A stretch of DNA of 64,000 bases from Candidatus Woesearchaeota archaeon. GTDB lineage: Archaea; Nanobdellota; Nanobdellia; Woesearchaeales; WAPJ01. The notes beneath the pieces were generated by a model, which was not told where the DNA came from, ran no database searches, and worked only from the letters and a program-made list of their open reading frames with translations. The first letter of the stretch is position 1; each line of letters starts with the position of its first letter. The DNA lies in assembly GCA_047602885.1 (NCBI GenBank), contig JBLKOQ010000003.1, positions 464-64,463 of the forward strand, in the 5' to 3' direction. Below, in pieces: positions 9,790 to 19,419 of this stretch. The position numbers were made by a program, and so were the translations under genes.

Positions 9790-10512
9790 TTATGATGGAA
9801 TACTATCCTCTTTTATGGATGATATATAGTCAAAAGTGTCATTTAACACTCTTCTCAGCCTTTCTATTTTGGCATCATCAAGAACCAATGTATCCTCATC
9901 CATGTAAGCTCTCTTGGCTATCTCAAACTCTACTCCTATAGAACCATTCTCTAACACTCTTTTCATAATATTCGCCTTAAGGCCCTTGTAAGGATAGTCT
10001 ATTTTTACGTCGTAACCTTCAAGCTCGAATAATTCTTTTATCTTCATGACTATCTCTTTGGGACATAACGAGTATTCTCCTGTAGCTATGCATATGTCAG
10101 GCCTTATGGTCCCATGATCCCCTCCTCCCTTATTGCCTTGAGAGTCCATGCTATGACAGTCCCATACAAAACTATTGGGTTTTATCATGTCTATATCAGA
10201 ATAGAAAGGATCATAATATTGTGACAATAATGATTCTGTATCCTCAGGATATTTTTTCCATACATTATTGCCATGCCAGTCCTTCCTAATAATTACGCCT
10301 TGGTCACTGCTGAGATCGTCCCTCTTCCTATTAAGGTCTACTACGAATCTTGAAGCACCAGCCACTATCTTAGGGTATTTGAAAGGCTCGTATATCCTAT
10401 CAACCCCATAATCAATATTTTTTAGGATTGATTCAGGAGCTATCTCATAATCTTTTATCATATTTTCTGGAATGTATGTTGATGAGTGCGGTATTGTAAG
10501 TATAATATTCAT
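9790..10512 (-). CDS. N-formylglutamate amidohydrolase (FGase) family zinc hydrolase.
   Basis: LTIPHSSTYIPE near the N-terminus and WDCHSM (the family iDlHSM motif). Confidence 0.6.
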   Translation of the reverse strand: MNIILTIPHSSTYIPENMIKDYEIAPESILKNIDYGVDRIYEPFKYPKIVAGASRFVVDLNRKRDDLSSDQGVIIRKDWHGNNVWKKYPEDTESLLSQYYDPFYSDIDMIKPNSFVWDCHSMDSQGNKGGGDHGTIRPDICIATGEYSLCPKEIVMKIKELFELEGYDVKIDYPYKGLKANIMKRVLENGSIGVEFEIAKRAYMDEDTLVLDDAKIERLRRVLNDTFDYISSIKEDSIPS

Positions 10513-11405
10513 TGGTTATACCCCCTGTCATTGCTCGCCTTTATTTCTAGAGCAATATCTTTAATGTGCAATAACATCTTTCTTGCAAGCTCCCCTCCAA
10601 AATATTTTGGCATTATCCCGGGAGTAAAATTGGCTTCTATAAACCGTGTGCCATCACTGGTTTCTATAAAGTCTATAGCACATATCGAGAGTCCAAGCAA
10701 TTGGGAGCATGACAGTGCCATTTGCTTAATATCATCAGGAAGCTCAACAATTTCTGCTTTTCCTCCAGTGCTTACATTGGCCCTCCACTCATTCCCACTA
10801 CCTGTTCTCCTAATTCCTATAACCTCTTCTCCTATAACTAATCCTCGAGTATCAGTATTGGCGTTAGGTACGAATGACTGCATTGACAGGAATTCCTCGA
10901 ATACTTGCAGAGTGTCTAGTATAGGCCTTAATTCCTCCTCAGATTTTAATAGCATTACACCCTTACCCCCATAACCCTGCAATAGCTTTAATACTAGTGG
11001 GTATCCTAGTTTTTCTCCAAGGCATAATGCACTGCCAGGGCTTATGGACAGTGAAGAGTCTGGGCTTGGTATTCCTATCCTGGATACTTTCTGGACAGAA
11101 AAATATTTGTGATTGGTAATCTGGTATCCGTCAAGGCATGATGGCATTGCTATGCCCTTAGACTCTAACAAGTCCAATAATATTTCTGCAAACAAAAAGT
11201 CTTTTTGAAACACTCTAATATAAGCGCAGTCAAAAGAGGTTAAGTCTACATTCTTGTATTTTGCCTTAATCTCATTATCCTCCAAGTCTATCCTTACAAG
11301 GTCTATAGGAACGTACAATACGGAATCGAATATCTTCTTAGCCTCTTCTATGAAGATATGTTTTACATCCTCTCCGTCTTGGCCTGATATTAGCGCGAAT
11401 CTCAT
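10509..11405 (-). CDS. RimK/GshB-type ATP-grasp ligase.
   Basis: GYPLVLKLLQGYGGKGVMLLKSEEEL (ATP-grasp core) and C-terminal LGLSICAIDFIETSDGTRFIEANFTPG. Confidence 0.75.
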   Translation of the reverse strand: MRFALISGQDGEDVKHIFIEEAKKIFDSVLYVPIDLVRIDLEDNEIKAKYKNVDLTSFDCAYIRVFQKDFLFAEILLDLLESKGIAMPSCLDGYQITNHKYFSVQKVSRIGIPSPDSSLSISPGSALCLGEKLGYPLVLKLLQGYGGKGVMLLKSEEELRPILDTLQVFEEFLSMQSFVPNANTDTRGLVIGEEVIGIRRTGSGNEWRANVSTGGKAEIVELPDDIKQMALSCSQLLGLSICAIDFIETSDGTRFIEANFTPGIMPKYFGGELARKMLLHIKDIALEIKASNDRGYNQ

Positions 11406-12223
11406 GAACCTTTAACCCTCCTGCCTACAAAATCCAACAGTTTCATTGCAATATCACTCCCTGTAATGTTGCTGTAAACGTCCATGTCAAATGATATCCT
11501 AGCGTCTATAACCTTACCATTGCATGTTATTATGACACCGGCATCCAATCCAAGATTCTTTGCAGCGCCTATAATCATGGCATTATGACTGTCGCTCATC
11601 TTAACCCCATTATAATATGTGCTGTGAGCGCTCTTTGATTCTACCCACGCCTTCTTTATAGTGTATACTTCATCTCCTATAACCAGGTTCTCTTCAATAT
11701 CGCCCCTCTCATAAGACATTAATACTAATACATCATAATTTGTGTCTATTCCCTTAAGATATGATTTCAGGCTTTCTTCAGACTCAAAAATAACTTGTTG
11801 TGTCCTATTAAAACTCTTGTATAATTCTGCTTTTACAGGGTATGTCATGTCTACTATTCCTAGTTCAGGGACTCTTTTACCTGAATATATCCTCATATAA
11901 GGCATTGGTATGCCCTTAGATTTCATCACATAATAAGTGAACGGCCTATTAGCCAGTAGGTTGAATGCTGTGGGCTTAATCTGACTGTAGACTCCCCTTT
12001 CACTAAGCTCCTCTAACATTGGCTCTACAAAGAGCATAAACTTCCAAGGCACCATTATTATTGCAGCATCATAATGGTCAAAAGATAATACTGAAGCCCT
12101 CCCTGACTCTACCATTAGCGATAATGAAGAGATATCAATCTTATCAACCGATAAATCAAGCTTAACAGCAGCATCCTCTAATGTTTTGGGCATGTCATTC
12201 TGGCTTATGAGGGCTATTCTCAT
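11402..12223 (-). CDS. Second RimK-type ATP-grasp ligase paralog.
   Basis: C-terminal KNLGLDAGVIITCNGKVIDARISFDM matches the RimK-type lgLD.aGVD...dG..vlEvN element. Overlaps both neighbours by 4 bp. Confidence 0.6.
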   Translation of the reverse strand: MRIALISQNDMPKTLEDAAVKLDLSVDKIDISSLSLMVESGRASVLSFDHYDAAIIMVPWKFMLFVEPMLEELSERGVYSQIKPTAFNLLANRPFTYYVMKSKGIPMPYMRIYSGKRVPELGIVDMTYPVKAELYKSFNRTQQVIFESEESLKSYLKGIDTNYDVLVLMSYERGDIEENLVIGDEVYTIKKAWVESKSAHSTYYNGVKMSDSHNAMIIGAAKNLGLDAGVIITCNGKVIDARISFDMDVYSNITGSDIAMKLLDFVGRRVKGS

Positions 12224-13824
12224 TTCCTATCATGCTCCTTCCCATTGGTAAGGCTTGGCTTCCATTCAGGCTTATTCTTTTTCTGGGGAGCGGTTTTTGC
12301 ATCAACATAAGGACTGATATAATTATTGACTACTCTTGATTCCCTCATGCTCTGTCTAAGATACCTCTCAAATGCTTTTGATATGCTCTGATAAGCCGAT
12401 ATCTCACCATAATACAATCCCTCATTTATCCTCCATGCTGCAGCAGTCTTCCTCCTCGCAAATACAGTGTATCCTTTTCTTCCTTCCTCTAAATGCTTCT
12501 GGAGTTTCTTGGCGTTGATAAGATATGTGCCTCTCGTCCTCATTACAGGATCCAGTATGACAAGCTCATCCTCTTCTACTCCTGCAACAAGCACATACTT
12601 GTCTTCTTTAGTCTTTTGATCCCCATTACTCGAAGGTATGCATAGTATTATCAGCGCTTCCTGGGTTAGCCATGACTGTATCTCAGACCTAAGATTGTAT
12701 TTGGAATTCCATTCTATAAAAGCGCCTTGAACCTCGTCTTTAGTAAGCTCTTTGGCAGCAATTATCATATTCTCTGTTTCCGTAGAGCCCTTGGATTTCT
12801 TCATGATGCCAATAACATTAGCAGAGTCAGCATCATATCCGAAGAATGATAGTAGCAGTGAGAGTGAAGCTCCTGAACTCTTGGAGGGGAGCGCTACAGT
12901 ATGCTTGGATATTAATGGCTCTAGCCTGTGAATGTCAGTTGATGTTCTTTTGATAAGCAGCGCTTTACGCATGATAATGCTGTTAGGTATCATGATGCTG
13001 TATCCTGAATCGAAAGAGACATAAGCAGCATGGCCTGTGATTTGTGTTACCTCTCCTACTTTTCCTTGTAATTGTATCTTCTGGCCTATCCTAACAACGT
13101 GTTTTGAAACGTAAGGGCTTATCAGCAGGTTGGCAGCATAATCCTTAAAACCGTATCCTATGAAGAATGCCAATAATATCATGAATATTATCATGCTAGA
13201 AACCAATATGACATCAAATACCATGAAAGAGAGCTCAGCATAGTTCATCGCTGCGCTTAGTATTGCAAGGCCGAGGAAAAGTTTTACGAAGCCGAATATG
13301 AATCCTACCAGTCTGGGACTCAACTGGTACTCTTGTAAATGCTTATCTCCCGCTTTTAGTATGAAGTCCCTTACAAGGTTGAGGAAGACTGTCATTATAG
13401 CAGTTGCAAATACTGTGATAAGAACCACTAATAAGAGTCTTGCTGTTAAATCCCTAATGATATCCCAAGTGTCATCAACGATAGGCATTCCTATAACTGC
13501 AAGTGCCAAGAATATGGATATAGATACTATTATTATGGACAATAGCCTGTCAGATCCCACCTTCTTGTTCTCATGCAATCCTAGTGAGCTCCTAATAGTC
13601 CTCACTTTTCTTGATAAGAATCCTGCCAGTATTATACCAAGAGCTATTATGAGCACTCCTACTATGACTTTCCATAATATTATGCCCATACCAATATCAG
13701 ATGACAGCATATCCATTGTTGATTGTATAAATCCCATAAGCATCCCCAAGGAGTCTGATAGAACCAAAATAAGTTTATAAAGATATGTGTATTGTGACCG
13801 GAAGTATGGACAATCGGCCAACAC
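12220..13824 (-). CDS. MscS-like mechanosensitive channel fused to a ~230-aa C-terminal soluble domain (possibly an inactive papain/C39-like fold).
   Basis: Multi-TM N-terminus and the MscS beta-domain signature GEVTQITGHAAYVSFDSGYSIMIPNSIIMRKAL. The C-terminal region KYVLVAGVEEDELVILDP resembles the C39_2-like HyvvvtGyd..v.v.DP terminus without an obvious Cys/His pair. Confidence 0.65.
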   Translation of the reverse strand: MLADCPYFRSQYTYLYKLILVLSDSLGMLMGFIQSTMDMLSSDIGMGIILWKVIVGVLIIALGIILAGFLSRKVRTIRSSLGLHENKKVGSDRLLSIIIVSISIFLALAVIGMPIVDDTWDIIRDLTARLLLVVLITVFATAIMTVFLNLVRDFILKAGDKHLQEYQLSPRLVGFIFGFVKLFLGLAILSAAMNYAELSFMVFDVILVSSMIIFMILLAFFIGYGFKDYAANLLISPYVSKHVVRIGQKIQLQGKVGEVTQITGHAAYVSFDSGYSIMIPNSIIMRKALLIKRTSTDIHRLEPLISKHTVALPSKSSGASLSLLLSFFGYDADSANVIGIMKKSKGSTETENMIIAAKELTKDEVQGAFIEWNSKYNLRSEIQSWLTQEALIILCIPSSNGDQKTKEDKYVLVAGVEEDELVILDPVMRTRGTYLINAKKLQKHLEEGRKGYTVFARRKTAAAWRINEGLYYGEISAYQSISKAFERYLRQSMRESRVVNNYISPYVDAKTAPQKKNKPEWKPSLTNGKEHDRK

Positions 13825-13855
13825 GCTTATAAAAGCAATGTTGATGCCTATATAA

Positions 13856-14674
13856 ATGGTTGCCTATTCTCATTCAAGAATATCAACTTTTGAACAATGC
13901 AGACTAAAGTATAAATACCAGTATATAGATAGGATAAAAGTAGATATTCCTACTACTATAGAAGCTCATATGGGCTCTGCAGTGCACCATGCACTATACA
14001 TATTATATCAGGAGCTATCTAAAGGGAATGTATTGTCAGAAAAAGAGCTTATAAACATTTATGAGGATGCCTGGCAGAAGGACTGGGATCCCAACATACT
14101 GATAGCAAAGCATGGCCATGATGACAGGATGTACTTAGTTAAAGGGAGGTCATACATATCAAGATATTATGCTATCCACTCCCCTTTTGACAGATTAGAA
14201 ACACTGGGCTTAGAAACACAAGACTACCTTAGGCTTAACAATAAGGACAGCTATCATATTAGGATTGACAGGCTTGCAAGAAACAACGAATCATATTTTG
14301 TAATAGACTATAAGACCAATAACAGGGCCAAGACACAATCAGAGATTAATGAGGACAAGCAACTCGCTATGTACTCATTATGGGTTAAAGAGAAATATGA
14401 TGCTAGTGATGTCAGGCTAGTATGGCACTTCCTTACTAACGGCACCACTCTTACCAGCATTAGGAAAGATGATGAGTTATTGTCATTAAAAGAAGAGATA
14501 CTGGACAAGATTAGTATTATAGAATCGGCAGATGATTATCCTCCCAATCCTAGCGGTCTATGCCCATACTGTGTGTTTAAGGAAATATGCCCTGCCATGA
14601 ACATTAATAGTATAAAATCAGAGCATATTATTATACCTAAAAAGATAGAGAGGCAAACAAAGCTTAACTTTTAG
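13856..14674 (+). CDS. Cas4/RecB-like PD-(D/E)XK nuclease (DUF83-type) with four Fe-S cluster cysteines; standalone.
   Basis: N-terminal Cys (RISTFEQCRLKY), a D-x-K motif (VIDYKTN) and C-terminal CPYCVFKEIC. No CRISPR array in the window. Confidence 0.65.
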   Translation: MVAYSHSRISTFEQCRLKYKYQYIDRIKVDIPTTIEAHMGSAVHHALYILYQELSKGNVLSEKELINIYEDAWQKDWDPNILIAKHGHDDRMYLVKGRSYISRYYAIHSPFDRLETLGLETQDYLRLNNKDSYHIRIDRLARNNESYFVIDYKTNNRAKTQSEINEDKQLAMYSLWVKEKYDASDVRLVWHFLTNGTTLTSIRKDDELLSLKEEILDKISIIESADDYPPNPSGLCPYCVFKEICPAMNINSIKSEHIIIPKKIERQTKLNF

Positions 14675-15305
14675 ACGATAATTTGATTCTTCCAAAATAT
14701 TGTTGTAACAAGTACGGTATTCTTCCGAGGAAAGTGGCATATACTATTCCCATGCTGTATGTTATTGCCCAGTGCATTCCTAGCATATACTGCATTATAA
14801 TAACGAATAGTACTATTATTCCCATGCCAAAAAATACTTCTGATTTTTCTGCGTCCCTAGGGTCAAAACTATGTATTATGGAAGTGGTTCTATACAAAAA
14901 CAACAACAAGAGCGCATACACTAAGTTGAGTATGGGAAAAATTAGCAAGTAAAACAATATTCCGCTATGATATGTGAGTATGCTCTCCAGGGCTTGTAGG
15001 CCTATTCCTACGGGCATTATAAGACCGAATATTATTAGGATGTTCTTTTCAAGCCTTGATTTTTTTGCATTGCTAAAAGCATGATACCAAGCCAGAATTT
15101 TAGCAGAGAATAGGAATAGGAACATGAGCAGGTTGAAAGGATTTACAAGCCCAGTAATGGTATCTATTCTCATGTCATAGTCCAGTATGAATAGTACTGT
15201 GAATGTGAAGCTTATAAGGAATACCGTGACTTCGTCAAAATCAGGCGTTATTTTTCCTAAAGTCTTTTCTACAGACAATAATAATGAACTTGGCATAATA
15301 ACCAA
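14664..15305 (-). CDS. Hypothetical polytopic membrane protein (213 aa).
   Basis: ORF with about six hydrophobic helices. Confidence 0.45.
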   Translation of the reverse strand: MVIMPSSLLLSVEKTLGKITPDFDEVTVFLISFTFTVLFILDYDMRIDTITGLVNPFNLLMFLFLFSAKILAWYHAFSNAKKSRLEKNILIIFGLIMPVGIGLQALESILTYHSGILFYLLIFPILNLVYALLLLFLYRTTSIIHSFDPRDAEKSEVFFGMGIIVLFVIIMQYMLGMHWAITYSMGIVYATFLGRIPYLLQQYFGRIKLSSKS

Positions 15306-15344
15306 TACTAAGTGACGAATATATAATGTTTTTGTTATGGATTA

Positions 15345-15440
15345 ATCAACAACCCCGCCCTAAAGGGCGCAGTATGTTGGAGTTAATGGTTAACTGCTAT
15401 CGGCCTAAAGACCGAGGTATTTAACCCTCCATTAACAATA
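15345..15440. repeat. Dispersed intergenic repeat, dimer copy.
   Basis: About 95% identical to 455-552 and 19190-19284. Confidence 0.75.
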
Positions 15441-15467
15441 AAAAAAACTTTTTATTCCATGCACACT

Positions 15468-18008
15468 CTATCTGCCGACATTAATAGTAATATTAGCCTG
15501 AGTAGACTGGCCATAACTATCAGTGGCTCTTGCTACAAAAGTATATCTTCCTTCCCTAAGCCTTGGAAGCTCAAAGTCGTAAGGAGGCTCCATTAATGAT
15601 CCCATCTGAATAAGATGAGTTCGTCTGCTCGCAAAATGCTCATAAAGCGCATAGAAGTCTACCCTTACCGATTCTCCAAGATAATCTCTTGCTTCCAGGT
15701 TAATCAGAGCGGCCGAGAACCTCGTAAATAGGTCTTGAAGCCTTGGAGTAATAAACCTTATTATAGGATGTGGTGTTTCGGGAGGCTCAGGCACATATTC
15801 TTTTACATGGAATTCTACAGCACTACTTGTAGTAGTTGCACCTTCATTGTCAGTAGCCCTAGCCCTTAGACTATATGTTCCTACATCCAATACACCTAAT
15901 GGTAAATTATACGGTGCTTCAGTATCAGTCCCTAATACTTTACCGTCCAACAAGAACTCTACCTTTACTACCTGGCCATCGCTGTCATGCGCATCAGCCA
16001 TAGCCATTATAACAACATTGTCATAATAGACTCCTCCATCCTCAGGATTGGTTACAGCTACTGTAGGAGGAACATTCTCTGCAGGTGGAGCAACCACATA
16101 CACAGTTACTGGTGTTGAAGTAGCAGTAGCGCCCCCATTATCAGTAGCCCTAGCACTAATATCATAAGAGCCTACCATTGCAGGCACCCATGATAATGAC
16201 CAAGGACTCGTAGTTCGCTCCCCAACTTTTACACCATCAGCAAAAAACTCAACCTTTACAACACTTCCGTCAGGATCACTGGCACTTGCAACTATAGTCA
16301 CACTATCACCCAATACAAACTCAGCACCCTCCACAGGACTACTAATTGAAACTACAGGGGGCTTGTTTGGAATGTCAGGAGCATCAATCTTAAAGCTTAC
16401 AGGAGCACTAGTCCTATGAGCATTATCATTGTCTACTGCTCTTGCCCTCAACTCATAAGTTCCAGGCGTCAATGACTTGAATTGTGCAGTGTAAGGCTCG
16501 TCATAGTCAGTATGCACCAAATCTCCATTCAACAAGAATTCTACACGGTCTATGTCGCCGTCAGCATCAGAAGCATCAGCCTCAGCATATACAGTATCTC
16601 CTTCATCATATGATGCACCATCACTAGGCCTAATTAGGCTCACAGTAGGCCTCTCATTAACTCTTATGCTTACAATCGAAGATGCAGTGCTAGCATCATC
16701 ATTATCATATGCTACTGCCCTGAACCTGTAAGCTCCAGGACTCAATGCTTCCTGATTGTACTGGTAAGGCGCATTAGTATCTGTATGTACAAGCTGGTCG
16801 TCCCTATAGAATTCTACTTTAACTATATTACCATCGCTGTCATGAGCATCAACGCGCACTTCTATAGGCTCATCAGACTGGAATACCTCATTATGCTGAG
16901 GCCTAGTAATAGATACTGTAGGAGGGACATTGTCTGGAGGCGGACCAGCAACATTAATACTTACTGCTGATGAAGTAGCAGTAGCGCCCCCATTATCAGT
17001 AGCCCTAGCACTAATATCATAAGAGCCTACCATTGCAGGCACCCATGATAATGACCAAGGACTCGTAGTTCGCTCCCCAACTTTTACACCATCAGCAAAA
17101 AACTCAACCTTTACAACACTTCCGTCAGGATCACTGGCACTTGCAACTATAGTCACACTATCACCCAATACAAACTCAGCTCCAGACTCAGGACTAGTTA
17201 CAGAAACAACTGGAGGCTGGTTAGGAGCGCCCGTAACAATATATCTTCCCTGGACAGGATTGCTTGGAATATGATCCTCACTATAAGCTACTGCTATTAG
17301 AGTAGTATCACCAGTAATCCTAATGGGCTCAGTGTATACCATAGCATCAATGTCGCTGGTCAATATGTCATTCCACTCCTCTAGCAATACCAGACAGGCT
17401 GCAACATCCTCATCATCCTGCTCGCCTATTTCTCCCACCCACTTATTAATATCCGTTATTATGGTCTCATTCATCACTGTAAAAACTTCTATGCAGGCAT
17501 CCACTCCCTTAGGGTCCACTTCTGACAATAGGTATGATAGAGAATCATATTTGGGGTCAGAGAATACGTTGAGAGTATCTAAACATAAGCCCACAGTTGC
17601 CATACGCAGATTCCCTACTCCCACATGAACCATAATTTCATGTGCCCATCCTTCAGAAACATCTGTGATATCACTATATATTGTACGATATACCTCATTA
17701 TATATTCGTCTACAGGAAGCATCATTGCCAAAAGCCTCCCAAAACGATTCTACTTTTCTGCCAAAATCATCAAGGTTCACTGGGCTAGTGCCGTCAAGAG
17801 TGTATAGAATAGTAGCTCCTGGCGTTGGAGTGGTAAGAGTGACATCAACATAGTTTTGTGCAAAGCTATCTGGAGCAGGGCTCATCACAGGATCTGATGC
17901 TCTACCCTTAACAACTATTTCATCGCCAAACAGTGAATCCTCTACATTACAGGATATCAGTGCAAAAGTGACTATAAACAATACTATTATTAGTTTAAGG
18001 TTTGCCAT
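15468..18008 (-). CDS. Large secreted/surface protein with tandem Ig-like (Big/PKD-like) domains; possible lipoprotein.
   Basis: Signal peptide with a lipobox-like LISC; about five repeated ~90-aa domains; two are near-identical (PPVVSxTSPESGAEFVLGDSVTIVASASDPDGSVVKVEFFADGVKVGERTTSPWSLSWVPAMVGSYDISARATDNGGATATS). Confidence 0.7.
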   Translation of the reverse strand: MANLKLIIVLFIVTFALISCNVEDSLFGDEIVVKGRASDPVMSPAPDSFAQNYVDVTLTTPTPGATILYTLDGTSPVNLDDFGRKVESFWEAFGNDASCRRIYNEVYRTIYSDITDVSEGWAHEIMVHVGVGNLRMATVGLCLDTLNVFSDPKYDSLSYLLSEVDPKGVDACIEVFTVMNETIITDINKWVGEIGEQDDEDVAACLVLLEEWNDILTSDIDAMVYTEPIRITGDTTLIAVAYSEDHIPSNPVQGRYIVTGAPNQPPVVSVTSPESGAEFVLGDSVTIVASASDPDGSVVKVEFFADGVKVGERTTSPWSLSWVPAMVGSYDISARATDNGGATATSSAVSINVAGPPPDNVPPTVSITRPQHNEVFQSDEPIEVRVDAHDSDGNIVKVEFYRDDQLVHTDTNAPYQYNQEALSPGAYRFRAVAYDNDDASTASSIVSIRVNERPTVSLIRPSDGASYDEGDTVYAEADASDADGDIDRVEFLLNGDLVHTDYDEPYTAQFKSLTPGTYELRARAVDNDNAHRTSAPVSFKIDAPDIPNKPPVVSISSPVEGAEFVLGDSVTIVASASDPDGSVVKVEFFADGVKVGERTTSPWSLSWVPAMVGSYDISARATDNGGATATSTPVTVYVVAPPAENVPPTVAVTNPEDGGVYYDNVVIMAMADAHDSDGQVVKVEFLLDGKVLGTDTEAPYNLPLGVLDVGTYSLRARATDNEGATTTSSAVEFHVKEYVPEPPETPHPIIRFITPRLQDLFTRFSAALINLEARDYLGESVRVDFYALYEHFASRRTHLIQMGSLMEPPYDFELPRLREGRYTFVARATDSYGQSTQANITINVGR
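16116..16325. repeat. Intragenic direct repeat, copy 1. It is 210 bp and identical to 16971-17180.
   Basis: Exact 210-bp duplication inside the Ig-domain gene; the duplication likely extends with mismatches to ~255 bp. Confidence 0.8.
16971..17180. repeat. Intragenic direct repeat, copy 2.
   Basis: Identical to 16116-16325. Confidence 0.8.
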
Positions 18009-18055
18009 AAGATGGCCAAGACATTATAGCTTTATATATCTTTTGTGAACAAACA

Positions 18056-18334
18056 TTATTTACGTCTGTTCTTTCGTTTAGCATATATTCTCATCGCATA
18101 AAGCAGCAGTCCGGACAATAGATAGTATGAGACTATGTTAAGCATGATACTATTCCATGAGACGAACACTCCTCCAGCATCTCTAAAAAGCCATTTATAA
18201 GGAAATCCTCCTGCACAATCTCTTGTTTCAGCGTCACAAGAGCCTCTAAGAGAAAAGAGTACCATGAACATTATCATAGCCATCAGAGTGTATTTGCTCC
18301 ACAATGCAAACTTATAATCATCCATAAAAAGCAT
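18056..18334 (-). CDS. Hypothetical small membrane protein (92 aa).
   Basis: ORF with two TM helices and a basic C-terminus. Confidence 0.35.
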   Translation of the reverse strand: MLFMDDYKFALWSKYTLMAMIMFMVLFSLRGSCDAETRDCAGGFPYKWLFRDAGGVFVSWNSIMLNIVSYYLLSGLLLYAMRIYAKRKNRRK

Positions 18335-18362
18335 TGTCCAACAGCATTATATTAATATGTTG

Positions 18363-19133
18363 TTATTTACCGTTAGCCTCGTACTGGCCTTCTATAAGAG
18401 TTGTAGATATATCAGGATAATATATTAGCGGTCCCGAGCCAATATCATATTTTTTATTGTTGAGAGTCATCCTTTTAAGCATTCTAGAAGGGTTTCCTAT
18501 TCGCATGGGACTGTTAGGATCATGGCCGAATAGGTGTCCGTGCAAGAACAATAATGCTCCATTATCCCCGTTCCTATGAGCATTATAAAGACTGTCTACT
18601 ATCATTATCGAATAGTCTCTTGGTATGCTATGGTTCCTGTAAGGAAAATATTGTAGAGGGGATAGCACAGTGTTAATAAGATCGTACTGGCCGTTATACA
18701 ATGAGGATAGCATCCTACACTCATATTTTTTAGGATCCTCATTATCCAAAGACCTTAATGACTCAAAACCATGATATTCTCCTATCATCCTAATAATATT
18801 ATTGTCCAGATGCCTGACAACTTTTTGCATAGGATGAGATTCTTCTATAGATGGAGGGATATAATGATAATATTCTGTAACATCCCTATTGGCAAGAAGG
18901 ATAAACTTCTTATAAGACAATATGTCGTGCATCGCTCTTGTCCTATCATCGGTCCTCATAATTGTTTCTAGTTTGCCCGAAATAATACTTGCTGCTATGG
19001 GATTGTATGATGATGCTATTTTAATATTGCTTACAGACCCAAATCCAAGCATCCTGTCTAGTCCTTCTCTTAGAGCATTGGTATACGAGTCTATTGCCCA
19101 TTGACCATCTCCTGGCTTTTCATAGAGAACCAT
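18363..19133 (-). CDS. Hypothetical protein (256 aa).
   Basis: ORF with good coding density. No motif recognised. Confidence 0.5.
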   Translation of the reverse strand: MVLYEKPGDGQWAIDSYTNALREGLDRMLGFGSVSNIKIASSYNPIAASIISGKLETIMRTDDRTRAMHDILSYKKFILLANRDVTEYYHYIPPSIEESHPMQKVVRHLDNNIIRMIGEYHGFESLRSLDNEDPKKYECRMLSSLYNGQYDLINTVLSPLQYFPYRNHSIPRDYSIMIVDSLYNAHRNGDNGALLFLHGHLFGHDPNSPMRIGNPSRMLKRMTLNNKKYDIGSGPLIYYPDISTTLIEGQYEANGK

Positions 19134-19189
19134 ATGATACCTTCCAAAACAATATCAATACTATTTATAAACATTATTTTTTTGATGAA

Positions 19190-19284
19190 ATCAACAACCC
19201 CGCCCTAAAGGGCGCGGTATGTTATAGTTAATTGTCAAACTGCTATCAGCCTAAAGACCAAGGTATCTGCCGTCATTAACAATG
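19190..19284. repeat. Dispersed intergenic repeat, dimer copy.
   Basis: ATCAACAACCCCGCCCTAAAGGGCGCGGTATGTTATAGTTAATTGTCAAACTGCTATCAGCCTAAAGACCAAGGTAT...CATTAACAATG. Confidence 0.75.
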
Positions 19285-19419
19285 AAAAGAAACATTATCT
19301 CAAAGACTATAGTCCCGAACCAACCAAGTTTTAGGAGACCATACTTGAAATGGCATTGCACCTAAATAAGAATAATGATAAGTAATAAGATTTATATTGT
19401 GGTATAAGAAACATTGGTT

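Noticed and set aside
16785-17853. Plus-strand ORFs (16785-16970, 17323-17628, 17625-17807, 17665-17853) inside the Ig-domain protein gene.
   Set aside because: Antisense shadows of a long, well-supported minus-strand gene; no independent signals.
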